Positions 1 through 14,004 of a DNA stretch of 64,000 nucleotides are shown piece after piece. The notes under the pieces are model-generated. The model worked only from the letters and a program-made list of their open reading frames with translations. It was not told where the DNA came from and did no database searches. This DNA is from Vicugna vicugna. Taxonomy: Eukaryota. The stretch spans positions 3,261,010 through 3,325,009 of the forward strand of contig MU058384.1 of NCBI GenBank assembly GCA_013265495.1, read 5' to 3'. Positions within the stretch are counted from its first letter, which is position 1. The number at the start of each line of letters is the position of its first letter. Made by a program: the position numbers and the translations under genes.

Positions 1-3000
1 TCTCTTTTCTTGGTTGCCTTTGAAATTGCTTGGTAGGGTACTGCCAAAGTAACAGATTTTAGTTTTGTATTCCAAGGGGAAAACTTCTGTTGAATAAAGG
101 TTTATCTGACTGTAGGTTGATTCCTTTGGGTTAATCACTAGCTCCTAACTGTGATGGGTCTGAAACTTATGTATAATCTCTAACATGATTTATTAACTGT
201 ATCTTTAGAAAGTCCAGGAATCAGTCTATTTCAGGTACTTGAATGGCACTCAGAGTGTGTCACATTGGAATACTGTCCTGAAGGAGTTCAATGCTAGCTT
301 CTAGATCCCTGTTGCATCCTAGAGCTTGGCTTTGTAAGGTAGAATTAATCAAACTGAACCTAATCCCTAGCCCAGAAGTAATTTTTTGGTGACAGAGAAT
401 GAATTAAATAGAATATTAATTCTGACACAGTTGGCACATCATGGAGGACCAGGTTCAGGATCTGAGTCAATCTCTCTGGGTGGCCACATTTCCTTAAAAG
501 CTGCCAAAGACCAACCTCCTAATGCTTTTAAATGCTTTTGGAAGTTGAACTATACACATGTGGCCACAGTATATGCCAATCAACATGTAGTTTGGACTTT
601 GCCAGGGGAGGAAGTTCTGCGAGGGGTAATCATTGCTCAGGGGAGGAAGGGTACCAATGAAGATATAGTCTTGACCTCAAAGAATTCACCATATCATTGG
701 GGAGAGTAGGTATAAAACTTATACAACTCTAGAAATCATAAAAATAGTCCAGGAATGTATGATAAATGCCAAATGAGGCACAGAAGAAAAAAAATACCAC
801 TGGAGTTCTGAAAAAAGAGAGATCAGGTGAGCAAAACCAAGGAAGACTATACAAAATGGATGAGATTTTGACTTGGTTTTGAATAGAGGAATGGGTTTGT
901 TGGAAGAATGTGGAGGGCTCTGCTAGAAAGAAGAATGATGGAAGGAATGGACTGTTTGGAGGATGGTGAGAAGGTGTGAAGAGAAGGGCAAGGACTAAGG
1001 ATTAAGCCACAGGATTTGCCAATCCTGAAGCAGATCCTGGGGTACCACATGGCAGAAACACCCTAGTTTCTAAGCACTCTGTGAATTAGACTCAATGAAT
1101 CATTTAGTTAAAAAGCTGTTGGTGTGGTTTATTCTGTATCCTTACCGACTGTAAAGGTATGAGTGTCATTTCTCTGCAATGTCTCTGGATAATAAATCCT
1201 GTGCTGCTCCATGTTCCTTGTCTTGTGGTTTAGGAGCAGACTCTCAACTGGGTTGAGCTGCCACCCATGATACAGGAATAGGACCAAACTGAGGTGCCCA
1301 TGTCTAGTCATTTACTCTTCTTCTAGAAAAGATAATGATCTTTGTGCCTTTAAAATGGAGTGGTAGTGGACAGAACTATTCCATAGTCAAGGAGGGGACA
1401 CTGATGTAAGTCATAAGGAGTATAATGAGATAAATATTTAACTAAATCCAGTTACCTTGACTTACATTTCCTCATTGGCTGGCTGCAGGTGTGGGTGAAC
1501 CACCACAGGTATAAAGGGCTAAAGGGAACTTTTGCACCTCTTAGAAGCTTCATACCCTCATGCACTCTCCATGCCATCTTCCTTGATAAGGGAAATCCAC
1601 TCATCAATGTCCTCAGGTCATGATGATGTCACACATGATCTGTCATCATAGAGCCTCTCGTGTGGGCTATAAGATGCTATATAAATAAGATGCTATTTGT
1701 TTCTCTTGGGGTCCAGAGGACTCCTCTGTCACTTTGTCTTTCTGTAGGCTAGACACCCACCTTTAGATGGTTGCTGATTATCCTTCCAGGAAGCCCCGGA
1801 AGTCTTGCTGAGTTGGTTTGTTTTTCAAGTCACTATTAGATCAGTTTCGTCACATTGGCACAGCACCTAAAGACACAGCCAGACACAAGAATGGTAAGTA
1901 ATGGACTAGATCACTAGATTAAGCTGAAGAAGGATATCACATTGCTCCCCAACAGTGGCAGTTCCTCAACACTTCCCAGTGTATCTATCTCAAAGAGTTT
2001 CTGGAATCTGTGAATGTACCAACCATAGGATGATAAGGTCTTCTCATTCTTGCTTGATACTGACCCTCACTCAGCTTCCCTAAGAAGAATTGATCTAAAG
2101 TCAATTTTGTGACGTCTTAACAGGTTCTCCCACTGCTCTGTAGATTTTAATAAGAAGAATTTAATGTCATGTCCAAGCTAAATTCCAAACTATCTACATA
2201 TAATTCATTCTCCCAGGGGAGGAATCAAAGGCAGAAATAACATAATAGAGTAAGTAGGTTGAGACCTAGCCACCGATCGATCAAATGGCAAATAATTAAT
2301 AACATGGCAAAACACCTTTTTGTTGCCTTGATGGAATACAAATTAATAAACACTAATAAGACTTCAGAACAAATGTATTCTTTTTTAGATGGGCACAAAG
2401 AGAAGAAATAAGGCTGTGTATCATCATGCCCTTGGTATGTGTATATGAAGTGAGATGGGGAAGAAAATGTGTCCTCTTAACCCTCCAGGTTGTACCTTTG
2501 GATGAAACATGATGCGTTAATACACATAAGTGATCAGTTGTGGTATTTCTACCTTTATTCCGAAAGGAAGCAGCAGTTTTTTCCATAACCCTCTGACTCA
2601 CAGCCTGCTCACTCTTATAGTACTGGTTTCACAAGGTTATCAGAGTTCTTTTTTGTAACAATAGCACTTTACATAAATGGACTTTTAAAATGGAAAGAAA
2701 ATTTTCACTTCACTTTTCAATTGATTCTCACTAGGATTAACTGAACTGCTGTTCAGTTCTTCTAATAGGCTTATTACAACCTTTGAGCACCAGAAACTCT
2801 AGATCAAATCATAAGACCCTATTAAGGCATGGTAAGGGGATCTGGAGGGTAAAGAAGACACATACGCTACAGCCTCTGCCCTGATGTTGTTCCCTCGTTC
2901 TTAGTGGGACAGTGAGTTAGGAAGACAAGCACTTCTCTGGCCCGGTATCCTGCACTGCTATCAGGTTGTGAAACTCATTCGCTTATGTTACATGTTCTTA

Positions 3001-3024
3001 TCACACAAAAATAATTGTAATAAA

Positions 3025-3185
3025 TAAGAGGGCAGGAGGAAGCTCTTGGAGGCGATGAATAGGGACAGATTGTGGTGACAGTTTCAGGGATGTATAGTTA
3101 TCTCCAATTCATCAAACTGTATACAATAAACACATACCACTTTTTGTATGACAATCACACCCTTTAAAGTGGTTTAAAAATAACT
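3025..3185 (+). mobile_element. old L1M (L1MB/MC/MD-type) 3' end fragment
   Basis: gattgtggtgacagtttcagggatgtata...catcaaactgtatacaataaa...aaagtggtttaaaaa resembles the L1M 3' terminus. Confidence 0.65.
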
Positions 3186-6100
3186 AGATAAACAAATTAA
3201 TAAATACATATGAAACCATTTCTATATTGGTAAATCTATGTGATGATGACAAAAAACAAAAAAAAGCCAGCCAGCAGAGATGCCAGTGATAAAGGCAATT
3301 TACTAGACAGCTGGATTCATATTTACTTAAGTGAAGGGGGGATTGCAATAAATTAATAGGTTCAAAGATCCACCACAGTAGACAGAGTCTAGTCTGGAGA
3401 CTTGCTATTAAATGAGGAATTGAATTTCAGCATTTAGCCTTATTATAAAATGACCTTAGATTTTCCTCGTAAGGATAAGACACCCTTAAACATTTTTGTC
3501 TGTGTGAAAAGAAACATTAATCTTTATGTCCATTTAGATATTTTTATAATGATATTTGTCTATTCAAGCCGTTTTTCTGAAGACCATTTATGCTGAAATG
3601 GGCATCTGCTCAGCTCACCCAATTCAAAACAAAAATTTGCATAATCTGTATTTGCATAGCAGCAAGTGGGTGGAGTTTAGGCAAGTGCACAGATGAACAT
3701 AAAAATCAAATATGGGCAGGAGGAAACTCAATTTCATTATAAAAAACCATGTTTGTTTAAACATAAAAAAGCTGTGTAAACAATCCAAATGTGTTTACTG
3801 TAGTTTAGCCTACAAGGCTCCCATTTTGTTCCTGTCTTTTTAGCAGCCCAGTTGAGCAAATTCAAATAACTTGTGCTGCTCACAAGAGACTTCAATTTAA
3901 AATGTACTCTTAGAAAAATATAAGAAATAGGATGGAAAAGCTAAAATAGAATGATGCGTGCTGTCTGGAAGAAAAAGGTTAAAGGCGATGATTATCAAAA
4001 GATATAATTAGAGATTTGGGGAAAATAATTCAAGCAGTCAAATAAAAAATAATTTAAACAAAATATTTAAAAGTTTATATACAGCAAAGATTTCAAGAAC
4101 TTAAAAGCTGAAGCAAGTAAGAGGAGGAGTGAAAAGGATATGGATAGGGCATTGCGTTAGCAAGAATAACTTAGGGGGACAACATCCTTGTAACAAAGAA
4201 AAGGAAAGAGAAAGATCATTGAAAGGAATATTAACTTAAAAAAAAGAGTTTTGGCACAAATAGAGTGCTATCCTAGAGTGACTGGGCCTAAATTTATATT
4301 TACTAGTATATATATACTAGGTCCAGGAAAGTAAGTCTCAGACACTAGATGCATAACTAGTATGTTGTGGACCTGAATCTTAGCAAATATATTGTCATCT
4401 GTGGTCAGCAAATGAGACCATAATGTTAGGTCTATCATAACACAAACTGTGTATTAATGGAGCCATTAATCACCATCAAAACTGTATTAGGAGTGAAGGT
4501 AGCCAAAGAGAGCTTAACTGACAGCAAGTGGCCATAAACCTGTCCAAAAACTAATTTGATTACCATCATACCAGCATCTGTGCCACTTATGAGGGTTCAT
4601 TTTTGTGATGAAATTAAGTAGACAAGTCATTCATGCGTATAATAGACATCTAAATCATGGTAAACATGTTGCTGGCAGCAGAAGTAGTTAAAGAAAGTGG
4701 GGGATTGTTTTGGTGTCTGAATATAGAACCAACTCAATGGAAAGCATCTTTTGCACAACAGTTGGGTACAAAATGCCATCAAAGAAGCTTTGGATGAAGC
4801 CAAATGCCAAGCGAGAAATAGATGGCTTCAAAGTCAGCTGGTGAGATTCCGGGAATGTTGGTTGTTTACAAGAAGAAATGTTTTGTCAAGATAAACTCTC
4901 ACGCTTTATGGGTCATAAATGTTCCTAGCAAACAATCTGTTTTATTTGGAGACAGTTGGATCTGTTAGATTTTAGTCCTGACAGACAGAATTGTGGGATG
5001 TCATATTTAATGACAGTCTGGAGAGAGCCTAGAATGTGCATATTAAATTAGAGAAGGAATGGGCTTGGTTACGAAGAAGGACTACATGCCATCCACTGGT
5101 TCATTTTCTCAGCTGGCCATTTTTTAAAATTTTGGAATTCTTTATTCATAATGAGTACCATAAAATTTTGTCTTAGAACCAATATGGCTTTATATTCTGC
5201 ATATTTTTATTATTCTATTCCTTTAGTGAAAGGATCTGCCTTTCCAAAGATCCTAAATTATTCAAATTATTAGAAAACTGATACTTCCCACTGACCTGGT
5301 AAAAAACAAGTACGTTCTAGTAATTATTTCCCAAAGAAAAAGAAAAAGATTCATTTGAAAATAAATACCAGGTCCATAGATAGCAAATATAACAATATAA
5401 CAAAGAGCAGTTTATTTTAGGTACGTGAAATTTAAAAATGATCATATTGGTCCAAAGAGGCCAGGGTACTACATATCTAACTCCTGCTAGCTCTGTAATC
5501 TCGTCCTTTGAGACACTGCCCCATCTCTGTGCACGTCTCTTTGGTTATATGTGTGAAAACTCGGAGGAGAATAAATGAACTTGAGGAAAAGGAAACGTTT
5601 CTTTTCATACCAAGACTGAGAGCACTTTCCCCCACTGAGTATCTCAGGGAAATAATAGCCAGAGTGACACTTCTCTCCAGCGCCTTTTGAAACATTACGC
5701 GGCTAACACCAAACACCTTGCCACCGCTGGGCAACAGCCCCGAGCCCGGGAAGCCGCCTGCCGCTCACAAGCTGATGCCTTGTAGGCCTCCCCGTCTTAC
5801 CTGAGTTTGCAGATGGGCCATTTCCCAGGTGGATCTGGCCAAACACTCCTCATTAATCATGGCTTAAACCTCTCTCAGTGGGAAGACCTCAGGTTAGACA
5901 TCATTTGGAAACAAATTGGGTGAAAAATAGCTCTGACAATAAGGAGCCCACACGGCATTCCCCCGCGAGAGCTTCCGCGGTGTGAAAACAGTCTCTTCCA
6001 AGACGCTAAGTGATCTGTCAGTTAGGGAATGACATTCTAATCCAGTTTTATGTCACATGCGGCTTGAAACAGTTCCTGCAAGCTCCTGCCTTTTGCTGCT

Positions 6101-7449
6101 GTTGTGTTTCCAACTCTCTAGGCCCTCTTAATTGAAGGGGAGGGAGTTGGATTCAGAACAAAAAAGATATGTATGTGTGTGTGTGTATTACATACAGCAA
6201 ACACACATATTCATAGACACACAATAGCAAGCAACGTATCTGGCCATATGCTGCCTCACTTGAAATGATACTTGCTCAAATATCCTGGTGAAACCAGAAG
6301 AATCACAAGGGTACAAGCCCTAAACTGAATGTCCTGAACTAAACAAGACAAAGACCTGGAATTATGACAACATGACTTATCCTCTGGGTGCGAAAAACTC
6401 AGCCCCTTTTCCTCAAATGCATTTCAAGCTTTAGAGTCTTGGGATCAATTTATTCTTCCTGAATCTCTTTTCTTAAAAGTAACTGTATGTTTACCTTAAA
6501 GTGACAGATGGCTTTGCCATCACATTTTAGCCATTATTTATACTAACAGATTGCATCTGAATTGACTGTAAACCAATGTATGTTGTCATCCATCTATTAT
6601 AATTCTTATCCTAGGCTGATTGAATGAGAGAGAAATAGAAGAAAAATGCCCGCCCGTGTACTCTTGGCACCAGGATTCCATTTGTAAGATGAATTCTTTC
6701 CAAAGCAAAAACTGTGATCGCTCTCCAGGAAAGCCCTTCTTCTAGAAAGAGGTGGGGGAGCATGTGGCCTGGGAAAGGGCAAAAGACTGAGCCCTCGGTT
6801 TGTTAGGATCCAGAGAACTGTAGACAGCCCATAATATGCCCGCATTCCTTAGCTTATGCACAATGAGCCCATTTCTCTGATCTACAGAAGTCATAGGGTG
6901 GAAAAAGTCTCTACTCTCCTCTGAGCTTTGCGAAGGGCTTCTCTGAGTTTAAGTCTTCATGGGATCCTAGCCCTGAGATTAGAGCTTCCTCCATTTTCCT
7001 CTTGCCTGGACCTCCAGATACTGGGCACGCAGGATGTTTCCTGACTTGTCACTTTGAAGTAGGTCTGGAAAAATAGATTTTAGATATTTGGCATTTGGCA
7101 ACTTTAACATTCTGTACTTTATTTGATTCTGGTGTCAGAACACACGTCGACAATGTAGATCACGGACGTGAGGATTTGGGTTGTGTTGAGAAGCATACAC
7201 CTGATGAATGGAGGTGGGTGCTGTAGGGCTCAGTGATGGTCCCTACTTGTCTTCAGGGGAAGCAAATACAGGCCTGAGTCAGAAGCTGGGCAGAGAGCCG
7301 CCAGGTAGTAGCAGAAGACAGATAGAAGTGGGTCATCAATAGGGTCTCTTGCTTTGGGTGATTTGAAAAATCATACAAATATTTATTTTTAAAATCCATC
7401 TAAATATTATACCTGTCGCTATTGACTTAGTTGTTGATTCTCTCATATG

Positions 7450-7780
7450 CATCTTTCCTCTTGGTGGTACCTGTCCAGCCTGCATCTCTTTCAGGAGCTC
7501 CAGACTCTACTGCATAGCACCAATCATCTATCAGATAGCTCTACTTGGCTGTCATGGAAGCATTTTTAACTTGATATATCCAGAATTAAATTCCTTATTT
7601 TTCCTTCTTCTTTCTTTCCCATTACAGCAAATGACAGCATCATCCTTTGAGTTACTAAAGCTAAATAAGGGAATCATTCTGTACTCTTCCCCTTCCATAA
7701 TCCCTCATATGAATCTATTAGCTCCCCTTGTCTGTTCCTCTTCCCAAATGCCCCTGGAATCTTTCCACTTCCTTTGCTGT
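7450..7780 (+). mobile_element. L2 LINE fragment
   Basis: ctccagactc...ctctacttggctgtc...aacttgatatatccagaattaaattcc resembles degenerate L2. Confidence 0.55.
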
Positions 7781-7924
7781 AGGTGGGAAAGAAGTGGATA
7801 ATGATAATACCAGGGATTGATTTCCCCTGTACCAGTTTTAGCACTCTAAGTTCCCTGAAATTTATACACAGCTCAAGGAAAAAGGAGAGTTGAACATCTC
7901 AGTTGGGATCTAATGAACTCATTC

Positions 7925-8050
7925 TAAGATATATGGCATTGGCTCAAGAACAGACTAATAGACCAATAGAACCGAAACAAGAGCTCAGACGGTGACCTGT
8001 GAACATAAGGCACAACAAATAAGCAGGAAGAAGATGGACTGTTTAGTAGA
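7925..8050 (+). mobile_element. old L1 ORF2 fragment
   Basis: atatggcattggctcaagaacagactaatagaccaatagaac matches the L1 ORF2 WYW..R.IDQWNR region. Confidence 0.55.
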
Positions 8051-8329
8051 TCATTAATAAATTAATTAAATAAAACCTCAATTGACTGAGATAAATCTAT
8101 GCCACCAGCAGAAATGTAGGCTCTGAGTAAAAATTATACTGAGTTTTAAAGTTGAATTTAAGTCAAATATTGAAAATACCTTATATTTTTTCATACTTAA
8201 ACTTGTGGAATGAGGTTTAAATTTATTACAAGAGTAACTTTGGGATGGAGGGAGGGAGGATCACTTCTATTCCGTGCAAAACTATGGGGACCCACTGAGA
8301 AATCAGGAGAGGAAGTGGGAAGGGAACTA

Positions 8330-8480
8330 ACATCTCTTGAACAGCTGCTATGTTCGAAGCACTGTCCTGGATTTCATAGTCACTTTCTTATTTAATTCTT
8401 ACAACATCATCATGTATAGGTGCTATTTATCTTCAGTTCAGTGACGAGGAAACAGAAGACGCTGAAGCACCCTGTCCAAT
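8330..8480 (-). mobile_element. MIR SINE
   Basis: atttaattcttacaac...taggtgctatttatcttcagttcagtgacgaggaaacagaag, antisense MIR core. Confidence 0.65.
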
Positions 8481-8489
8481 GTCATCGTC

Positions 8490-8995
8490 ATTGATTCCTT
8501 TATTAATGTATCCACAAGTATCAATCAAGTGCCTATTTCCTACCAGATGGTTTTTCCAAGCACTGGCGATAGAGTTGTGGACAAAGTTGACCAAGGCTCT
8601 CATCATGGATAACTCATTCTAAAGGTAGGAAACATTTAATACAGTTTATAAGTGAGAATACATTAAAGATAATTTCAGAATAGGAAATGCTGTGAAGAAA
8701 GTGCAGAAAGCTAATGAGATTTCTGGGCATGGGGTGAAGGGATATGGGTGTTTTTGGTGGTTAGGGAAGTGATTGCATTAGGGAAAGGAAGTCACATTTC
8801 TGCAAATATCAGAATGATGAGGAAAAGGCAATCATATGACAATCTTAGGGAAGAGTATCCCAAACAGAGGGGAGAGCAGGTGCAAAGGTCCTGAGGTAGC
8901 AACAAGTGTAGCATGTTTAAGGGGCAGAAAGAAGGTTAGTGTGACCTAAGCACCAAGAGCAATGGAGAGTGTGGTGAAAGATGATGTCAGAGGTA
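8490..8995 (-). mobile_element. L2 LINE 3' region
   Basis: cattgattcc...aagtgcctat...aagcactggcgatagag...gcaggtgcaaaggtcctgaggtag, typical antisense L2. Confidence 0.75.
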
Positions 8996-9039
8996 GAAAA
9001 TATATTACAGTCACCTTCCATACCAAAACTTAGGTCACA

Positions 9040-9180
9040 TTTTTGTTTGTTTATTTTTTGAGGGGGTGTATTTAGGTTTATTTATAATTATTTTTTTATT
9101 TAACTGTAGGTAATGGGGATCAAACCCATGACCTAGTGCATACTAAGCATGCACTCTACCACTGAGCTATACCCTCCCTC
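9040..9180 (-). mobile_element. tRNA-Ala-derived SINE (camelid Vic-1-like)
   Basis: Reverse complement gagggagggtatagctcagtggtagagtgcatgcttagtatgcactaggtcatgggtttgatcccc, then A-rich linker, ataaacctaaatacaccccc and A tail. Confidence 0.85.
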
Positions 9181-10078
9181 CACAATGGCATTGAATAATA
9201 GGGACTTATTTGATGAGTTTTCTCTTAATGGAAGTTTTGTTTTCCCTCCAATTATTTACATTCACAATTAATAATTGAATGAATTCTTTTATTCCAGTTG
9301 TCTTATAAGGCCAAGGGAACTAAGAGAAGATTAAACTTAAGCAAACCAGTTTTTGCAATATTTAGATTTAGTAATAGACTTTGAGGGAGAGAAGATTATA
9401 AACACTGACTGCAATCAGAATTCAGAAAGATAATTGTTTTGGCTTTCTCCATTTAAAGTGATTACTTCTTGAGAGCCCATCTTCCTGTTACTTCTGATTT
9501 TCTCCAAAGGCAAGAAGAAGCCACAATGTTGAATAAACAAGAATCCATAAAGTAGAAATTGTATAAATCTGGGCAAGTCATCAAGGCTGAAATGGAGCCA
9601 GAATTGAGAAAGTGAGTGACCTGTGGGTTGTCATATAGTTTCAAGTTAAATTTCCAAGGGAATGACATTGCACATACAGAGATTTCCACTCCTTATTTCC
9701 ACAATCTTAAAAAAGCAAGCATACAGAGGATAAAATTGCTCTAATTTTAACATATTTAAAAATTTTAAATCACAGAAATCTGCATTGTTCTTTGTGAACT
9801 TCTAGATTCCCCAAATGTTTAATATTATAAACCTGCCTATGAGATTTTTTCACATGGGATTACAGACTGGCAGGATTCTCTACAAATCTGCTGAAATCTG
9901 AATGAAATAGAAATCTAAAAATCTATATGCTAAACAAAAAAGCCGATTTTTTAAAACAATGCCCATTGATCCTCGTACAAACATATATCACTAATGGGTA
10001 GGAATTAGCCATGCCAGTGTTGTGATAGCTTGGCATCCCATAGCATGAAGGGGTTAAGTGGTGCGGTAGAGGGGAATA

Positions 10079-10112
10079 ACACACACACACACACAAACAC
10101 ACACACCACACA
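10079..10112. repeat. imperfect (AC)n microsatellite
   Basis: acacacacacacacacaaacacacacaccacaca. Confidence 0.9.
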
Positions 10113-12029
10113 AGGACTTTCACCTCCATGAAGAGTGAAGAGATTGATGCCATTTGACTGGGTGTCACATTTTAAATTAAATAAAGGTATGGGCATGATG
10201 ACCATAATTTATGCTCACCAGGGTCTGGGCTCCTCTGTAGCCCCTGAATTCTCAGCTTGTCCTGGATTCCAGGATTAGAGGAGGATACTGACACATAAAC
10301 AATTAACTCTTCAAAAAATAGAATGAAAAAACGAGGCTGCAAAGAATTGCACGCACTGGTTGGAGGAGTCTCAGAGAAGGTAGACGGGAGAGTGCAGTAA
10401 GACTCTGCAGATGCTGTGACTTGAAAAGAGGAAAAGTCAAGCCAGAGCCCAAAAGGGTTGATGTCAACCTAAAAATAGGTTCCTTAGTTGATTTTTAAAG
10501 TATACATGGACTGAATATTTGCTGTGTCTTCTGGCTGTACCACAATGAAGCAAACAATTTCTTAGTCAAGGTAAACAATGAAGACTGGCTAGACCTGGCA
10601 GTAGCTCAGGAAGACAGCGATGATCAGGTGGTTTAGAGACTTTCAATGGCTGGCATTTGCTTCTCCACCTTGGTTGTGAAGAGTTGTTGGAGGTTTCTGA
10701 TTATTTCTCTATTGGTTTTAATTTATCAGAGTAACAGCACTGGTGAGACTGAGATACAATTGGAGCACATTGCTGCCAAGCAGAGATAATACTTTGAGTA
10801 TGTCCTTACGGACTTGAACTGCTGAATTATTCATTCATTGAGCAATTTATCGTCAGACATAGAATTGGACAGTTTGTTTCAGTCAATAGAAATCTTTGTT
10901 TAAATATCTGTGAATAAAGATGTACTGATGACCAATTAATGTATTCTAAATACGGAACACAATTTAGAATAAAATTTATAGGTGTGTAGAAATTCCTAGG
11001 TACAATTTTATCTTGGTTTTTTAAAAGTCCCTTCTTGATTATAATACATAACAACAATTCACTGTAAAACTTTCATGTTATATTCAGGACTCATCTTTGG
11101 CCTCAGAGCTCTGGTTAGCTTGGCACTAAATGGCTTTGAAATGGACTTTTCTCTTGCCTTTGATTGTCTCTCTGATCCAGAGGGGTTTAGCTCTCCTCCT
11201 ATATCATTTCTATCTTCTCCCACAACTGTCTCCTAAAAGTAGAAGGTGGAAGTTCTGCAGGTCTGATCTGTGAGGAAATGTTAACAATCGTCTTTTCTCT
11301 AATTCATAGTCTTTACAAGTAGCTTGTAAATTGATCTGTGTGTGTGTTCTCATGTCTCTGGCTTATCTACTTGGAATTATTCTGCTCACAAACTGCTCTG
11401 ACAGACTGCTGGTCTAGTAGAGATCTGTGGGGACTGGCAAGGGGGAGTCCTGGGAACCTCTGCCTTCTGTGGCCCTGAGATGGGAGCTGGGAGCTGGGAG
11501 CACTGACCCAGAGAGACTGGAGAAGGAAAGTCTCCAGCAGCAAGTAAGAGCTCAGGTGCTATCTATGAGTCATGCCCAGAGTCAAAAACAAAACCCATAC
11601 CCATCTTCATTGGAATGACTAATCCAAGGAGAAAACTCACAAGTGGAGGACAAACCAGAATCCAAAGGAGACGAAAGAACAGGAGTGAAAGCAAAACAAT
11701 CTGTTCTCACCCAATTTCTGTGAAAGGAGCTGGGCGTCACAGGACCCGAGGAAGGAATGAGCACTTCTTATAGATCCATTTCATTATTTGGTACCTGAAG
11801 GTGCAAAACCAAGCTAAAACTGGAATGTTAAGTGTCTAAAACACTCTTAGACAGAATGTGATTACTTTAAGCAGAATTAGAGTGTTACTTCTCCTTATAA
11901 AACAAATCTTCAAAAATAATCTAAAAACTGTCATAAAATTATTTCTTTTATTTTCAAGTCCATGATTTACACATTTATTTGCACATTAAAACCTTCCTTT
12001 AAAGAAACAAAATATTAGAAATATAATTA

Positions 12030-12335
12030 AGACCCAGTTTGTATCATCCCCAATGACGGTCCGTTGTCTCTCCCCATGGGTAACCAGTCTACTCAAGTTG
12101 ATGATGGCCCTTCCCTGGTATGTTTTCATATTTTCACTATATCTTTCAAGGCATGTTTTTTCTCTTTACTACATAATTATGCGTCCATAAATAACACGCA
12201 GCCTTTTCTTTTTTAATCTTTGTGTGAATCATATTTTTCTTTACCTAGTTCTCTGCAGCTTGCTTTATTTATGTAGATCTAGTTCATTAATTTTGAACTG
12301 CTCTATACTGTTCCACTATATGAACTAACCACAAT
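12030..12335 (-). mobile_element. L1ME-type 3' fragment
   Basis: atgtagatctagttcatt...ttccactatatgaactaaccacaatgtatttattcattctcttgctggtggatattc. Confidence 0.6.
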
Positions 12336-12829
12336 GTATTTATTCATTCTCTTGCTGGTGGATATTCATGTTGCTTATAATATTTTGTTGTTATATTAAG
12401 ATCCTAGTCCTGAGACAAGCAGGGAACTTAGCTTACTGTGAGTACCAAAAGACCAACGCAAGGAATAGTTTACACCTTAGGTAAGGAGAAAGTCCCTCTC
12501 TTCAGTAAAGTAGCTTCTAAAGATTTGGAGATCTTGGTCTTGGAAGAGGTATGTTGCTAAATGAAACATTTTGTAATGCCTTTTCACCCTGATCAAACAT
12601 GTTCAAACAGGGTCCATATTCAACAGAAACCTTACAAACACATTAAATAAGCAATTCACACATGCTTACCTGAACACTGAATAACTGTATGAATGAATTT
12701 CTTCATTTATTACAAAGTTATCGTATTGATATAGCTTTTTCTATGTGTCTGAAGTAACCAACCTGTTTACTGAATAATAAGCCTCAGAATAGTTATTATT
12801 TTTTGTGTTGCTACTCTGTGCCTGGAAGT

Positions 12830-12940
12830 GATGCGTATTAGCTTGGTTCATCGCTACATTTTATCACTTCATCTCCCAAAGATAAAAATTGAGGTTCAGA
12901 GAAGGTAAGTGACTTTCCAGGGTCACACAGCTGTCAGCCA
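12830..12940 (-). mobile_element. MIR SINE
   Basis: aaaattgaggttcagagaaggtaagtgactttccagggtcacacagct. Confidence 0.75.
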
Positions 12941-14004
12941 AAGAGTCAGAACTCTTTTCTGTCACTTTTCAGGCCTCCTCTAAAAGAAGTCATGCTAATA
13001 GTTCTTTTGGTGTAAGAATTATTTAATTCCGTGATCTCATTTGCAAGCCACCCACAAACAAGCGCCAGCATTGAATTCCACTGGGCAGATAGAGATAGTG
13101 TGGCCTGCACTGATGCATCTTTTATTAAATAATTGCTTTTCCATAGACTGTCATAATAGAAGATCAAAAGCTAGGAGAGAATCTATGCTTTCAAGAAAAA
13201 CACAAAGTGGATGACATCTTTGCGATTTTGCATTTAATTAATTCCTTTCAGTCATCAATTCATGATGGAATCTACAGAAGGTATATTCTGGATTGTAAAC
13301 TATGAAAGAGTTTATGGGGGAAAATAAAGTTTTGCAAGGAGCAAATAGTCTATGTTTTAGAAGCAATGCACAATACTTGAGCTGGAGATGGGGTTGTATT
13401 GGCAATCTCATAGTTCCTATGTGGAAACTGAAGAGTTTCACCTGAAGAGGACAAATTCTGGACCCAGTTACAAAGTGAATCACCAGGCATTTGAGGGGTC
13501 ATCAAACTGAGAGGGTTAACTACATCTTGGTTCATTTGTAGTAGCTTCCGTGGGACCCAAGTAAATTAAGAAATCGATGATTAGAAAAGCGTGTACTGGG
13601 GTGTTAATTTCCCTATCTACACCAAAACTTCTACCTCACTGGATGAGATAAATATCCATGCTATTTCTAAATATTTTTGCCTCTATATCCTTCCCATGAT
13701 AGGGTTCTCTTATTTTAGGAGCTGGAGAAAAAATGGACTAGGAGGACGTAAAGGGATTTCTTCACGCTTGCCTCCAGCTAAACAATGCCTAGACATGGTC
13801 AGGTCATTGAATTTCTCCAAAAGTGGGCACAGGCAGTCAGACCCCAGTTTTATATCTCACAGTTCAGATAGAAATGCTGGTTTTACAAACAGAACAGAAC
13901 GCACACCAGAGGAGTAGTAAGCGATTGTCAAAGGTAAAATAATAAGCCAGGAACATCAGTGAACCTTAAATACTGGAACCCTGGTCATCAGTGTTATCGT
14001 ACTA

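Noticed and set aside
4400..5060. Possible very old LINE (RTE/CR1-type) coding remnant
   Set aside because: Resemblance too faint to support without an HMM search
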